Source: Phycisphaerae bacterium (GTDB lineage: Bacteria > Planctomycetota > Phycisphaerae > UBA1845). From it: a stretch of 64,000 nucleotides of DNA. Shown here piece by piece: positions 50,304 to 58,425 of the stretch. Position 1 is the first letter of the stretch. Each line of letters opens with the position of its first letter. The position numbers were made by a program, and so were the translations under genes. The notes beneath the pieces are model-generated. The model saw only the letters and a list, made by a program, of their open reading frames with translations. It did not search any database and had not been told where the DNA came from. The DNA is taken from NCBI GenBank assembly GCA_022072505.1, contig JAJVHU010000049.1, forward strand, positions 36,915-100,914, given 5' to 3'.

Positions 50304-53141
50304 ATGTCGGAAACCCTCTACCTCATCGACGGTCACTACCAGATGTTCCGGGCGTTCTACGCGCCGTTCCGCGATCTCTCCAGCCCGACCGGCGAACCGA
50401 CGAAAGCGACGCACGTCTTCTGCCAGATGCTGCTGGGGCTGCTGCGCGACCGGAAACCGGATTACCTCGCGGTCGTGGTGGACGTCAGCGACGAGACCGT
50501 GTTCCGCCGCGACATCGACCCCGAGTACAAGGCGCACCGCGAACCGGCGCCGGAGGACTTCGAGGTTCAGTTCAACCGGGTCGTGCAGATCGTCGAGCGC
50601 GTCGGAATTCCGATCTTCCGCGTGCCGGGATACGAGGCCGACGACGTGACGGCGACGATCGCCGAGCGTTTGCGCGACCGGGACGTGATCTGCTACCTGG
50701 TCAGCCGGGACAAGGATCTGGATCAGTTGCTCACCGATCGCGTGCATATTTTCGACCCCACGAAGGATGAGGTCGTCACGCCGGAGTCGCTCGTGACGTC
50801 AAAAGGGTACGCGCCGGAGAAGGCGGTAGAGATTCAGACGCTCACCGGCGACTCGACGGACAACGTGCCGGGCGTGAAAGGGATCGGTCCGAAGACCGCG
50901 GTCAAACTGATCGAGAAATACGGGACGGCGGCGGAGGTGGTGCGTCACGCGGCGGAGCAGACGCCGAAGATGCGGGAGAACCTCGAGGCGTTCGCCGACC
51001 GGCTGGACACCGTGCGGAAGCTGGTGACGCTGCGGCGCGACGTTCCGGTGACGTTTGAGCTTGAGCGTTGTCGGACGGGGGCGTTTGATCTGGGCGCGGC
51101 GTTGCCGCTGTTTGAGGAGCTGGGGTTCAAGACGCTGCGGCAGAACTGGGCGCAGCTTGCGGCGGTGGCAGGCGGAGGCGCTGAAGGCGCGGCGACAGCG
51201 ACCGGATCGGGCGGCGCCGTCAAGGATCGGGCGTCGGCTGCGCCGCCGGGCGGGGGGTTGTTGTTCCCGCTGGAAGCGGCGCCGTCGGACGTTCCGTCGC
51301 GGTATGAACTGGTGGACACGCCCGAGGCGCTGGAGGCGATGTGCGCCGAGTTGCGGCGCGCGGGGCGCTTCGCGTTCGACACGGAAACGACGGGGCTGAA
51401 CCCGGTTCATGCGAAGCTGGTGGGGGCGTCGTTCGCCACAGCGGCGGGGCGGGCGTGGTACGTGGCGGTGCGGTCCAGCGCGGGGCGCACGCTGCCTGAG
51501 GCGCTGGTCGTCGAGAAGCTGCGCCCGCTGCTGGAGGATCCGGCGATCCCGAAGGTCGGACAGAACCTCAAGTACGACATGCTGATGCTCCGTCAGACAG
51601 GCATCCGTGTGCGCGGCGAGTTGTTCGACACGATGCTGGCGAGTTTTTTGCTGGAGCCGCTGCGCTCCTCGCACGGACTGGACGCGCTGGCGCAGGGCCT
51701 GCTGGGACACCGCATGATTCCGATCACGAACCTGATCGGCAGCGGGCGGAACCAGATTTCGATGGATCACGTCGAGACGCCGCGCATCTGCGAGTACGCG
51801 GCCGAGGACGCAGATTACACCTGGCGCCTCGGCGAGCTTTTTGAGAAGAAGCTCGCGGAAAGCCCGGTGGAGCGGCTTTTCCGCGAGACGGAGATGCCGC
51901 TGGTCGAGGTGCTGACCGAGATGGAGCACAACGGCGTGGCGATCGACGAGCAGCGTCTCGCCGACCTGGGGACGGGGATGGAGGCGGACCTGGAGCGGCT
52001 GCGCCAGCAGGTGTACGACCATGTCGGACATCCTTTCAATCTCGACTCGACGCGCCAGCTCGGCGAGGTTCTTTATGACGAGCTGAAGCTGCCGGTCATC
52101 AAGAAGACGAAGACGGGCCGCAGCACCGACGCCGAGTCGCTGGAGGGCATTCTCGAACAGGTGGATCACCCGGTTCCGAAGCTGCTGCTGGAATACCGGG
52201 AGATCTTCAAGCTCAAGAGCACGTACGTGGACACGCTGCCGAAGATGGTGAGCCGGCGGACGGGGCGCATCCACGCCTCCTATCATCAGGCCGGGGCGGT
52301 GACCGGGCGGTTGTCCTCAAGCGATCCGAACCTTCAGAACATCCCGATCCGGACGTCGCTGGGGCGGAAAATCCGCGAGGCGTTCGTCGCGGGCTCGCCG
52401 GAGACGGTGCTGCTGGCGGCGGATTACTCGCAGGTCGAGCTGCGGCTGCTGGCGCATTTCTGCAAGGATGAGGCGCTGCTGGAGGCGTTTCAGCGCGGCG
52501 AGGACATCCACCGCTTCGTGGCGTCGCAGGTTCACGATGTTCCGATCGAGCGCGTGACGCCGGAGCAGCGCAGCGCCGCCAAGGCGGTCAACTTCGGCAT
52601 CATTTACGGGCAGACGGCGTTCGGACTCTCGCGCGGGCTGGGCATCTCTCAGACCGAGGCGAAGGCGTTCATTGATCGCTACTTCCGGCGCTACCCCGGC
52701 ATCCGGGCGTTCATCGACCAGTGCGTGGCGTCGGCGCGGCGCAACGGTTACGCGGAGACGATCCTCGGCCGTCGCCGCCCGATCCGGGAGCTGGAGTCCC
52801 AGAACCGACAGCAGGCGTCCTTCGGCGAGCGGATCGCGGTCAACACCGTGGTGCAGGGGTCGGCCGCGGACCTGATCAAGCGGGCGATGGTGGACATTCA
52901 CCGGGAGTTGGAGGGTTCGCGCGTCGCTTCGGCGGCGGCGACGAGATCGGCGTCGAGGCTCGAGGCGTACACGGCTCGGATGCTGATGCAGGTGCATGAC
53001 GAGCTGGTCTTCGAGGTTGCGGAGGCGTCGGTCGAGCGCGAGGCGCGGATGATCCGCGAGAAGATGACGAACGCGATCCCGCTGGACGTTCCGATCGTGG
53101 TGGACCTGGGGTGGGCGAAGAACTGGCTGGCGGCGAAGTGA
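50304..53141 (+). CDS. polA: DNA polymerase I
   Basis: 5' nuclease region LYLIDGHYQMFRAFYA and GYEADDV. 3'-5' exonuclease region FAFDTETTGL and YAAEDADY. Polymerase region DYSQVELRLLAH, RSAAKAVNFGIIYG and QVHDELVFE. ATG at 50304; the track ORF starts at 50205. Confidence 0.95.
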   Translation: MSETLYLIDGHYQMFRAFYAPFRDLSSPTGEPTKATHVFCQMLLGLLRDRKPDYLAVVVDVSDETVFRRDIDPEYKAHREPAPEDFEVQFNRVVQIVERVGIPIFRVPGYEADDVTATIAERLRDRDVICYLVSRDKDLDQLLTDRVHIFDPTKDEVVTPESLVTSKGYAPEKAVEIQTLTGDSTDNVPGVKGIGPKTAVKLIEKYGTAAEVVRHAAEQTPKMRENLEAFADRLDTVRKLVTLRRDVPVTFELERCRTGAFDLGAALPLFEELGFKTLRQNWAQLAAVAGGGAEGAATATGSGGAVKDRASAAPPGGGLLFPLEAAPSDVPSRYELVDTPEALEAMCAELRRAGRFAFDTETTGLNPVHAKLVGASFATAAGRAWYVAVRSSAGRTLPEALVVEKLRPLLEDPAIPKVGQNLKYDMLMLRQTGIRVRGELFDTMLASFLLEPLRSSHGLDALAQGLLGHRMIPITNLIGSGRNQISMDHVETPRICEYAAEDADYTWRLGELFEKKLAESPVERLFRETEMPLVEVLTEMEHNGVAIDEQRLADLGTGMEADLERLRQQVYDHVGHPFNLDSTRQLGEVLYDELKLPVIKKTKTGRSTDAESLEGILEQVDHPVPKLLLEYREIFKLKSTYVDTLPKMVSRRTGRIHASYHQAGAVTGRLSSSDPNLQNIPIRTSLGRKIREAFVAGSPETVLLAADYSQVELRLLAHFCKDEALLEAFQRGEDIHRFVASQVHDVPIERVTPEQRSAAKAVNFGIIYGQTAFGLSRGLGISQTEAKAFIDRYFRRYPGIRAFIDQCVASARRNGYAETILGRRRPIRELESQNRQQASFGERIAVNTVVQGSAADLIKRAMVDIHRELEGSRVASAAATRSASRLEAYTARMLMQVHDELVFEVAEASVEREARMIREKMTNAIPLDVPIVVDLGWAKNWLAAK

Positions 53142-53300
53142 GGCCGGGGGGCGGCGGCGGCAGGGCGGGGAATCCCCCGTCCCTCCCGGGCATGATCGCA
53201 CCCCACAACGACAGACCTCCCGAGCTCCGAACACCGGAGTCCGCTGGAGACTCCGATCATACCTTTCAATTCGCCTCCTTGCGGCGAGGCTCGGTCTTGA
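53142..53300. repeat. Partial (right-half) copy of the 25816-26120 element in the polA/ATPase convergent gap
   Basis: CCCCCGTCCCTCCCGGGCATGATCGCACCCCACAACGACAGACCTCCCGAGCTCCGAACACCGGAGTCCGCTGGAGACTCCG aligns with 26040-26120. Confidence 0.6.
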
Positions 53301-53309
53301 GGCACGCGT

Positions 53310-55286
53310 TCATTCAGCGCCGGTCGGCGTCAGCGGCGACGCAAGGCGAGGCTTGAAGTTCAAGGCAGGCGCCCGCGGCGCAGACGGTCGGACCGGGGTG
53401 GGTCTCGGAGTTTTGCCTCGGTCGGACAACCCTCCCACGGTGCGCCGATCCTGCCGGCACCAGTTGTCCACGACTTCGTCCACGTCGCCCGCCGGCTGCT
53501 CGCATGACCAGTACCGGAAGAAGTCCACGTTGCCCGACTGCGGTGTGCGCTCCGGCAGGTCGATCAGCGTCCGCATCGGCATCATGACGCTGTCGCCGAT
53601 GACGAAGCCCTCCCCGGGACGCAGGACCGGCAGCATCTTGATCAGGTCCGTGAAATGATCGCTGACGACCCGGGCGATGTACTGCTGGTCATCCGGGTTG
53701 CTCAGGCGCATGACCAGCAGGTTGTTGCACTGGGCGAGCACCGTCTCGGAAAGCTCCGAAGGCCGCTGCGACACGACCATCGCGCTGACGCCGTATTTTC
53801 GCCCTTCCTTGGCGATGCGCTCGACGGCCTTTTTCGCGAAGCAACGCCGGGTCTCGACCCGTGGGATGTAGTTGTGCGCTTCTTCGTACGCGAGGCAGAT
53901 CGGGTGTCGCTGCCCCGCCGGGGTCCAGAAGTTCACGTCGAAAAGGAGGCGGGAGAGCACCGCCACCGTCACATCCACCACCTCAAAAGGAATCCCCGAC
54001 AGGTCGATGATCGTCAGGTTGCTGCGCGGGGTGACGCGACCGGTCAGCATTTTCACCAGATGATTGAGGACCGCCGAGCGCTCGCCCGCCGAATGATTCT
54101 CGGCCAGCGAGCCCCGGAAGCACTTCGAGTTGGCCGCATGATCGATCGGGTGCAGCAGGAAGTCGTACCGCCGGTCGTTCATCAGGGTGTCGATCCGGTC
54201 GATCAGCCCGATCAGCTTCGAGTGATAGATCGGGTGAGGCGTTTCCCCCTGCGGATTCCCTTTGTTGAACTGGCAACGCTGCTGACGAAGGAGCTTCTGC
54301 TGCTGCGCTGGCTCCATCGAACGCATCGCGAGGTTGGCGAACGCGAGTTGGTCGCTGTTGAGGATGAACCGGGCCTCGTTCAGGTTCTCCGCGTAGTCCC
54401 GAAGACGCTTCAGGTCGAAGTAGACGGGGGTGTCCAAGGTGAGCGCGTTGCCCAACCCGAGCTGCTCGGCGGCGTCCTGCTTGAACTCAAGAAGCGCCGA
54501 TCGCAAAAATGAAATCTGGCTTGTCACGTGCAGCGGATTGGATCCGTCCAGGAAAAGCGACTCCAACTCCTCGTACTTCAGAAGCCAGTACGGCAGAACC
54601 AGGTCGTCCACCGACAGGTAGGTGACGTTCGCGTCGATCTGCCCTGCCTCATCCGAGAACGCCGCTCGGTACTCCCCGTGCATGTCGAACATGACGAGCT
54701 GGGTCTGGGGGAGGTCGAGAATCTCCTGAAGAATCTTCGCCGTCGCGCAACTCTTGCCGGAACCGCTGTTTCCCACCACCGCGACATGCTTGGCGAAGAA
54801 CTCCGTCCCCAGCACGTTCACGTCGAAGCTGGTGTTCAGGGCGAACCGGCCCAGCCGGAACGCCTTGGCGAAACCGCCGGTCTGGGACTGCTGGTTGAAG
54901 GTTCCGAAGATCTTCTCGAAGTCCTCCTGCACCGCCAGGCACACGGGGTCGCCGATGAGGGGGTAGGCATTGACCCCGCGGGCGAAGTGGGTTCCGTGCA
55001 GTTCGCCGAGGAGCTGAACTTTCAAAACCCCTCCGGCCGCCCCTTCTTCGGCGCCCCCGTCAGCCCCGACCGACGTGACAAAACCGACGATGGTGCGATC
55101 AGGGCTGGGTAACGTCACATAAGACCCGATCCGACCGACAGGATAGTCCCGCCCTTCATGCCGGACATAGGGCTCCGGGGCGGTCAGTCCGACCGTGACA
55201 TGCCCGACGCGGACCCCCGTGACGGCTCCGATCACAAGCGCCTGGTTCCCCGATCCCGCGGACCGACCGTTCATGATGTCCGACAT
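53310..55286 (-). CDS. HerA/DUF87-type (FtsK-HerA superfamily) P-loop ATPase, monocistronic
   Basis: VAVVGNSGSGKS is the Walker A motif and ICLAYEEAHNYIP is the Walker B motif. Also RKYGVSAMVVSQRPSELSETVLAQCNNLLVMRLSNPDDQ. The N-terminal barrel-like domain reads GRIGSYVTLPSPDRTIVGFVTSV. ATG at 55286 has GGAGGA 9 nt upstream. There are visibly more A/T-ending codons than in neighbouring genes. Confidence 0.85.
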   Translation of the reverse strand: MSDIMNGRSAGSGNQALVIGAVTGVRVGHVTVGLTAPEPYVRHEGRDYPVGRIGSYVTLPSPDRTIVGFVTSVGADGGAEEGAAGGVLKVQLLGELHGTHFARGVNAYPLIGDPVCLAVQEDFEKIFGTFNQQSQTGGFAKAFRLGRFALNTSFDVNVLGTEFFAKHVAVVGNSGSGKSCATAKILQEILDLPQTQLVMFDMHGEYRAAFSDEAGQIDANVTYLSVDDLVLPYWLLKYEELESLFLDGSNPLHVTSQISFLRSALLEFKQDAAEQLGLGNALTLDTPVYFDLKRLRDYAENLNEARFILNSDQLAFANLAMRSMEPAQQQKLLRQQRCQFNKGNPQGETPHPIYHSKLIGLIDRIDTLMNDRRYDFLLHPIDHAANSKCFRGSLAENHSAGERSAVLNHLVKMLTGRVTPRSNLTIIDLSGIPFEVVDVTVAVLSRLLFDVNFWTPAGQRHPICLAYEEAHNYIPRVETRRCFAKKAVERIAKEGRKYGVSAMVVSQRPSELSETVLAQCNNLLVMRLSNPDDQQYIARVVSDHFTDLIKMLPVLRPGEGFVIGDSVMMPMRTLIDLPERTPQSGNVDFFRYWSCEQPAGDVDEVVDNWCRQDRRTVGGLSDRGKTPRPTPVRPSAPRAPALNFKPRLASPLTPTGAE

Positions 55287-55460
55287 ATTGAGCTTCCTCC
55301 GAAAGGTCGTCCGGCGGGCAGACCTGCCGCTCGGCCGTCTTGCTAGCTTCGGATATCCCTCCCCGCGATTCCGGAGCCGGCGTACCGGGAACCGGAAGGA
55401 CGGGAATACCGGGCGTGGCCGACCCGGTCCCGAAAAAAGTGAGAAAATCACAAACCGACC

Positions 55461-55490
55461 TTGTCAAGGGGGGGACGATGATGATATACT
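55461..55490 (+). promoter_or_regulatory. Sigma70-like promoter candidate pointing away from the ATPase gene
   Basis: TTGTCA (55461-66), 18 nt, then TATACT (55485-90), in the least GC-rich part of the 580-bp gap. Confidence 0.3.
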
Positions 55491-55868
55491 TCATTGTGCT
55501 CGGACGGGTTCCCGAAGTTCTTGCAAATTCGGAGCCTACGATCCGGGCGACGTGGCGGACGAGCGGGCGGCGTTACCCGGGAATCACGAGAGGATTCGCG
55601 AGTTCCGGATGCCGGCGCAGGCGATCGCGTCATCGGGGGCGTCTCGCGTCAGCCATCGAGGCGGCGGCCCGACGAGCGGTCAAGTTTTTCCGCGAATGCC
55701 ACGATGAAAGAGATAGGAGCCGCGGGAGTTTCCGAGGCTCGACAATTTGCTTCCACTCGCTGCGGCACCCTTAGACCGCGCCAAGATTGACAGGGTGCCG
55801 CACGCCTTTTTACCGCTCGTAAAAAGCACCTTCACGAGACCCCGCGCCCTGACGCGCCCGTCGTCCCC

Positions 55869-57005
55869 TCAGGCAACCCGCGCGGAATCCACGATCCCGT
55901 CATCGACGGCGCGCCCCGACGTCAGGTTGTCGTAAAGCCGGAGATGTTGATCCACAAAGCGGCGAACCCCGAACGCCTCGTACGCCTGTCCGCGCGCCGC
56001 GTCGCGGAGCTTCGCGCCAAGCGGCGTCGACGCCTCGACGAAGCACTGCGCGATCGCCACGACGACGCCGGCCTCATTCCGTCGCTTGTAGAGCAAACCG
56101 TTGAGCTTGTGTGAAATCAGCTCTGAGACCGCGTACCCCGCGGCGGCGACGACAAGCACCCCCGCCGCCATCGCCCACGCAACCGGGAAGGTTGAGACGT
56201 CCCCGTCGTCGCAAAGAAGCAGCGCATCCGCGGCGCCCAGCGCTTCCTCAAAGGACGTCGCCCGATCCAGCACCCGGATCCCGTCAGGCCGGTACGACGC
56301 GGCGGCAAGGCGCCGCAGCGGACCGTCGTCTCCTTCGCCGGCCGGAACGACAACCCTGAGGCGCTCGTCGAGCAACCCCTGAACCATCATCGCCCAGGCG
56401 CCTTCCACGGCCGCGTCCACGTCGCGCGTCACGGGCACGAGGACGACACGATCCTTGTCCGTCGCCCCGATGCGGCCGCGCAGGGGCGACGACGCGCGGA
56501 GTTCGTTGATCCGGGCGAAATCCACCGGCGGACGAATCACGACGCAACGATCCGCCGGAACACCCTGCTCGACGAGGCGGCGGCGGACATGCTGCGCGGC
56601 GCAGACGACGGCCAGCGGACCTCGCTCGGCGAACACGCGCAGCGCGCGGACCGACCGACCGTCAAGACCCGGATCGGAGCAGGAAAACACCAGCGGAACG
56701 CCCTCCGACCTCACGGCGCCGGCGAGACGCACCGCCCGCGCCGTCCACGCATGAAGGAGTTGAGCGTCAATCCCGCGCGCCCACCGCGCGAGCCGCACGG
56801 CGGACCCCACCGACCACGCCTCGGAAAGTCCGCCGCCGATCGGATGAACGTCGATCCCCGAGGGGAGCGCGACGGCTTCCGCCCGCCCGGCTGCCGCCAC
56901 GCATTGCCGCCGCCGCGCGGACGGGACGCGCGTCAGAAGCGTCGAAAGCCCGATCCGCGCGTCCCACGCACCGTCGGACGACGTGACGTGGCCCACCGCC
57001 GTCAC
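55869..57005 (-). CDS. GT4/GT1-like glycosyltransferase with a degenerate E-x7-E region
   Basis: The C-terminal half STFPVAWAMAAGVLVVAAAGYAVSELISHKLNGLLY aligns to E-GFG..lEAMA.G.PVV....G...E.v....nG, with S/T and W at the two Glu positions. GTG at 57005 overlaps the upstream TGA. Confidence 0.65.
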   Translation of the reverse strand: MTAVGHVTSSDGAWDARIGLSTLLTRVPSARRRQCVAAAGRAEAVALPSGIDVHPIGGGLSEAWSVGSAVRLARWARGIDAQLLHAWTARAVRLAGAVRSEGVPLVFSCSDPGLDGRSVRALRVFAERGPLAVVCAAQHVRRRLVEQGVPADRCVVIRPPVDFARINELRASSPLRGRIGATDKDRVVLVPVTRDVDAAVEGAWAMMVQGLLDERLRVVVPAGEGDDGPLRRLAAASYRPDGIRVLDRATSFEEALGAADALLLCDDGDVSTFPVAWAMAAGVLVVAAAGYAVSELISHKLNGLLYKRRNEAGVVVAIAQCFVEASTPLGAKLRDAARGQAYEAFGVRRFVDQHLRLYDNLTSGRAVDDGIVDSARVA

Positions 57006-57691
57006 GGCGCCTCGCCCTCGAAATCCTCGGGGCGGTAGTCGTAGAAGTAGCGACCGACTTTCAGCGACAACCTGGCGGAAAGCTCCTTCGCGATCGCATC
57101 CTTCGTCTTCGCCCGGGACACCTCCGAACTGGTCAACTGGACGGACACGATCTCGCCCTGCGGATTGTCAGGGAACACGCGCACCTTGTACTTGTTCTTC
57201 TCGAGCACGTTGAGCACGCGCACGGACACGATGGCGTACGCGGCCTCGTCGATCGCCTCGACCTCCTCCTGCACCAGGAAGTCCTGAACCTCGATCCACA
57301 GCACCTGCTCCGCGCCGGCCAGTTCCCCGAGCTCGCGCGCCCCGCGCTCGGCGTACCTGACTTCAGTCTGCTGGATCGACTGAAGGGTCTGGATCGGAAC
57401 GATCTTCGCGGCGGCCTCGTTGCGCAGCAGCTCCTGCCCGAGGTCGTCGGTCAGCAGGCGCGAAAACACCGGCCAGTCCACGCGCTCCCGCGGATCGTCC
57501 ACGAGGATCAGGACGGGGTTCTTCGTCAGGCGGAACCGGGCCTCCACCTTCTTCGGCTGAAACAGCCCGCTGGCGAAAAGCAGCTTCCCGCCGCTCATGC
57601 CGCACCCGGCGACCAGTCCGACGAGGCAACCCGCCGTCACGACGGAGGCGGTGCGCCGCAGTCGGCGCTTACATCTCGATCGAATGCTCAT
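57002..57691 (-). CDS. Hypothetical lipoprotein (paralogue-like of the upstream gene)
   Basis: Lipobox LVGLVAGCG. Its layout is similar to that of 57669..58331 (lipobox, K..A.F, V.V.. strand, ..FYDY/FYEH C-terminus). Confidence 0.65.
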   Translation of the reverse strand: MSIRSRCKRRLRRTASVVTAGCLVGLVAGCGMSGGKLLFASGLFQPKKVEARFRLTKNPVLILVDDPRERVDWPVFSRLLTDDLGQELLRNEAAAKIVPIQTLQSIQQTEVRYAERGARELGELAGAEQVLWIEVQDFLVQEEVEAIDEAAYAIVSVRVLNVLEKNKYKVRVFPDNPQGEIVSVQLTSSEVSRAKTKDAIAKELSARLSLKVGRYFYDYRPEDFEGEAP

Positions 57692-58331
57692 AAAACTTGC
57701 GCGCCGCCTGCTCGGCGAACATCCGGTAGATCATGTCCCGCACGGCGTAGGAGTTCGTCGCGGTCAGGAGGACCGGTTTTCCGTCGTTGTACTCGACCTC
57801 GACGGGGGCGAGCTCATACCGCGGACGCTCGTCGGACGGGGCGCGCACGTCGTACACGGAGACGCCGCCGTCGATCGCCGGACGCAGCAGCTCCGGCGCG
57901 TCCGGATCGCGCACCTGAAAGCGGTGAATCTCGACGAAGACGACGTAGTCCGTCTTGAACTCCTCGCCCACTTTCATCGGGTTGTTCGCGGCGGAAGGCT
58001 CCTTCTGAAGAAAATCCGCCACGTCCCGCGGATCGACGAGGTCGATCGTCGTCTCTTTCGTGGTGAGGTTCGTCCCGAGCAGCTCCGTGATGTGCGCCCC
58101 GAGTTCGAAGCCGATCTGCGGGTAGTCGAACCGCGTCGAAGCCGGCGCCCAGACCACCACCGCCACCCGCGAGTTCGGCAGCTTGTCGAACTCCGCGAGC
58201 ACCTTCGTCCGATGCTCGCCGACGAACGCCGCCGGAAGAAGAAGATTGCACGCGGGCAGGCACAACAGAAGCGCGCCGCAGAAGACCGGCGCCTGCGTCT
58301 TTCCCCGGCCGATCCGCCTCCGAGTGTTCAT
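57669..58331 (-). CDS. Hypothetical lipoprotein
   Basis: ATG at 58331 has GGGGGAGAG upstream. Lipobox LLLCLPACN. Confidence 0.65.
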   Translation of the reverse strand: MNTRRRIGRGKTQAPVFCGALLLCLPACNLLLPAAFVGEHRTKVLAEFDKLPNSRVAVVVWAPASTRFDYPQIGFELGAHITELLGTNLTTKETTIDLVDPRDVADFLQKEPSAANNPMKVGEEFKTDYVVFVEIHRFQVRDPDAPELLRPAIDGGVSVYDVRAPSDERPRYELAPVEVEYNDGKPVLLTATNSYAVRDMIYRMFAEQAARKFYEHSIEM

Positions 58332-58425
58332 CCCACTCTCCCCCGTTCGGTTCTCTGCCCGCATGTCTCCGCACAAGGATAGGCTGCGCGCCGCGCGTTC
58401 GCAAGCCGGTGCGGAACCCCGGCCT

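Noticed and set aside
55478-55774. 99-aa Arg-rich ORF (MMIYFIVLGRVPEV...RRRRSRHRGR...) behind a G-rich SD-like run, in the gap upstream of the HerA-like gene.
   Set aside because: It has poor third-position GC compared with real genes here, a low-complexity basic composition, and a start that lies upstream of the only promoter-like site. I treat it as non-coding or uncertain.
58332-58425. Sigma-54 promoter (TGGCAC-N5-TTGC) expected between the NtrC-type activator gene and the lipoprotein operon.
   Set aside because: Neither TTGC/TTGT occurrence in the spacer has a GG dinucleotide at the required 10-nt distance. No match was found on the relevant strand.
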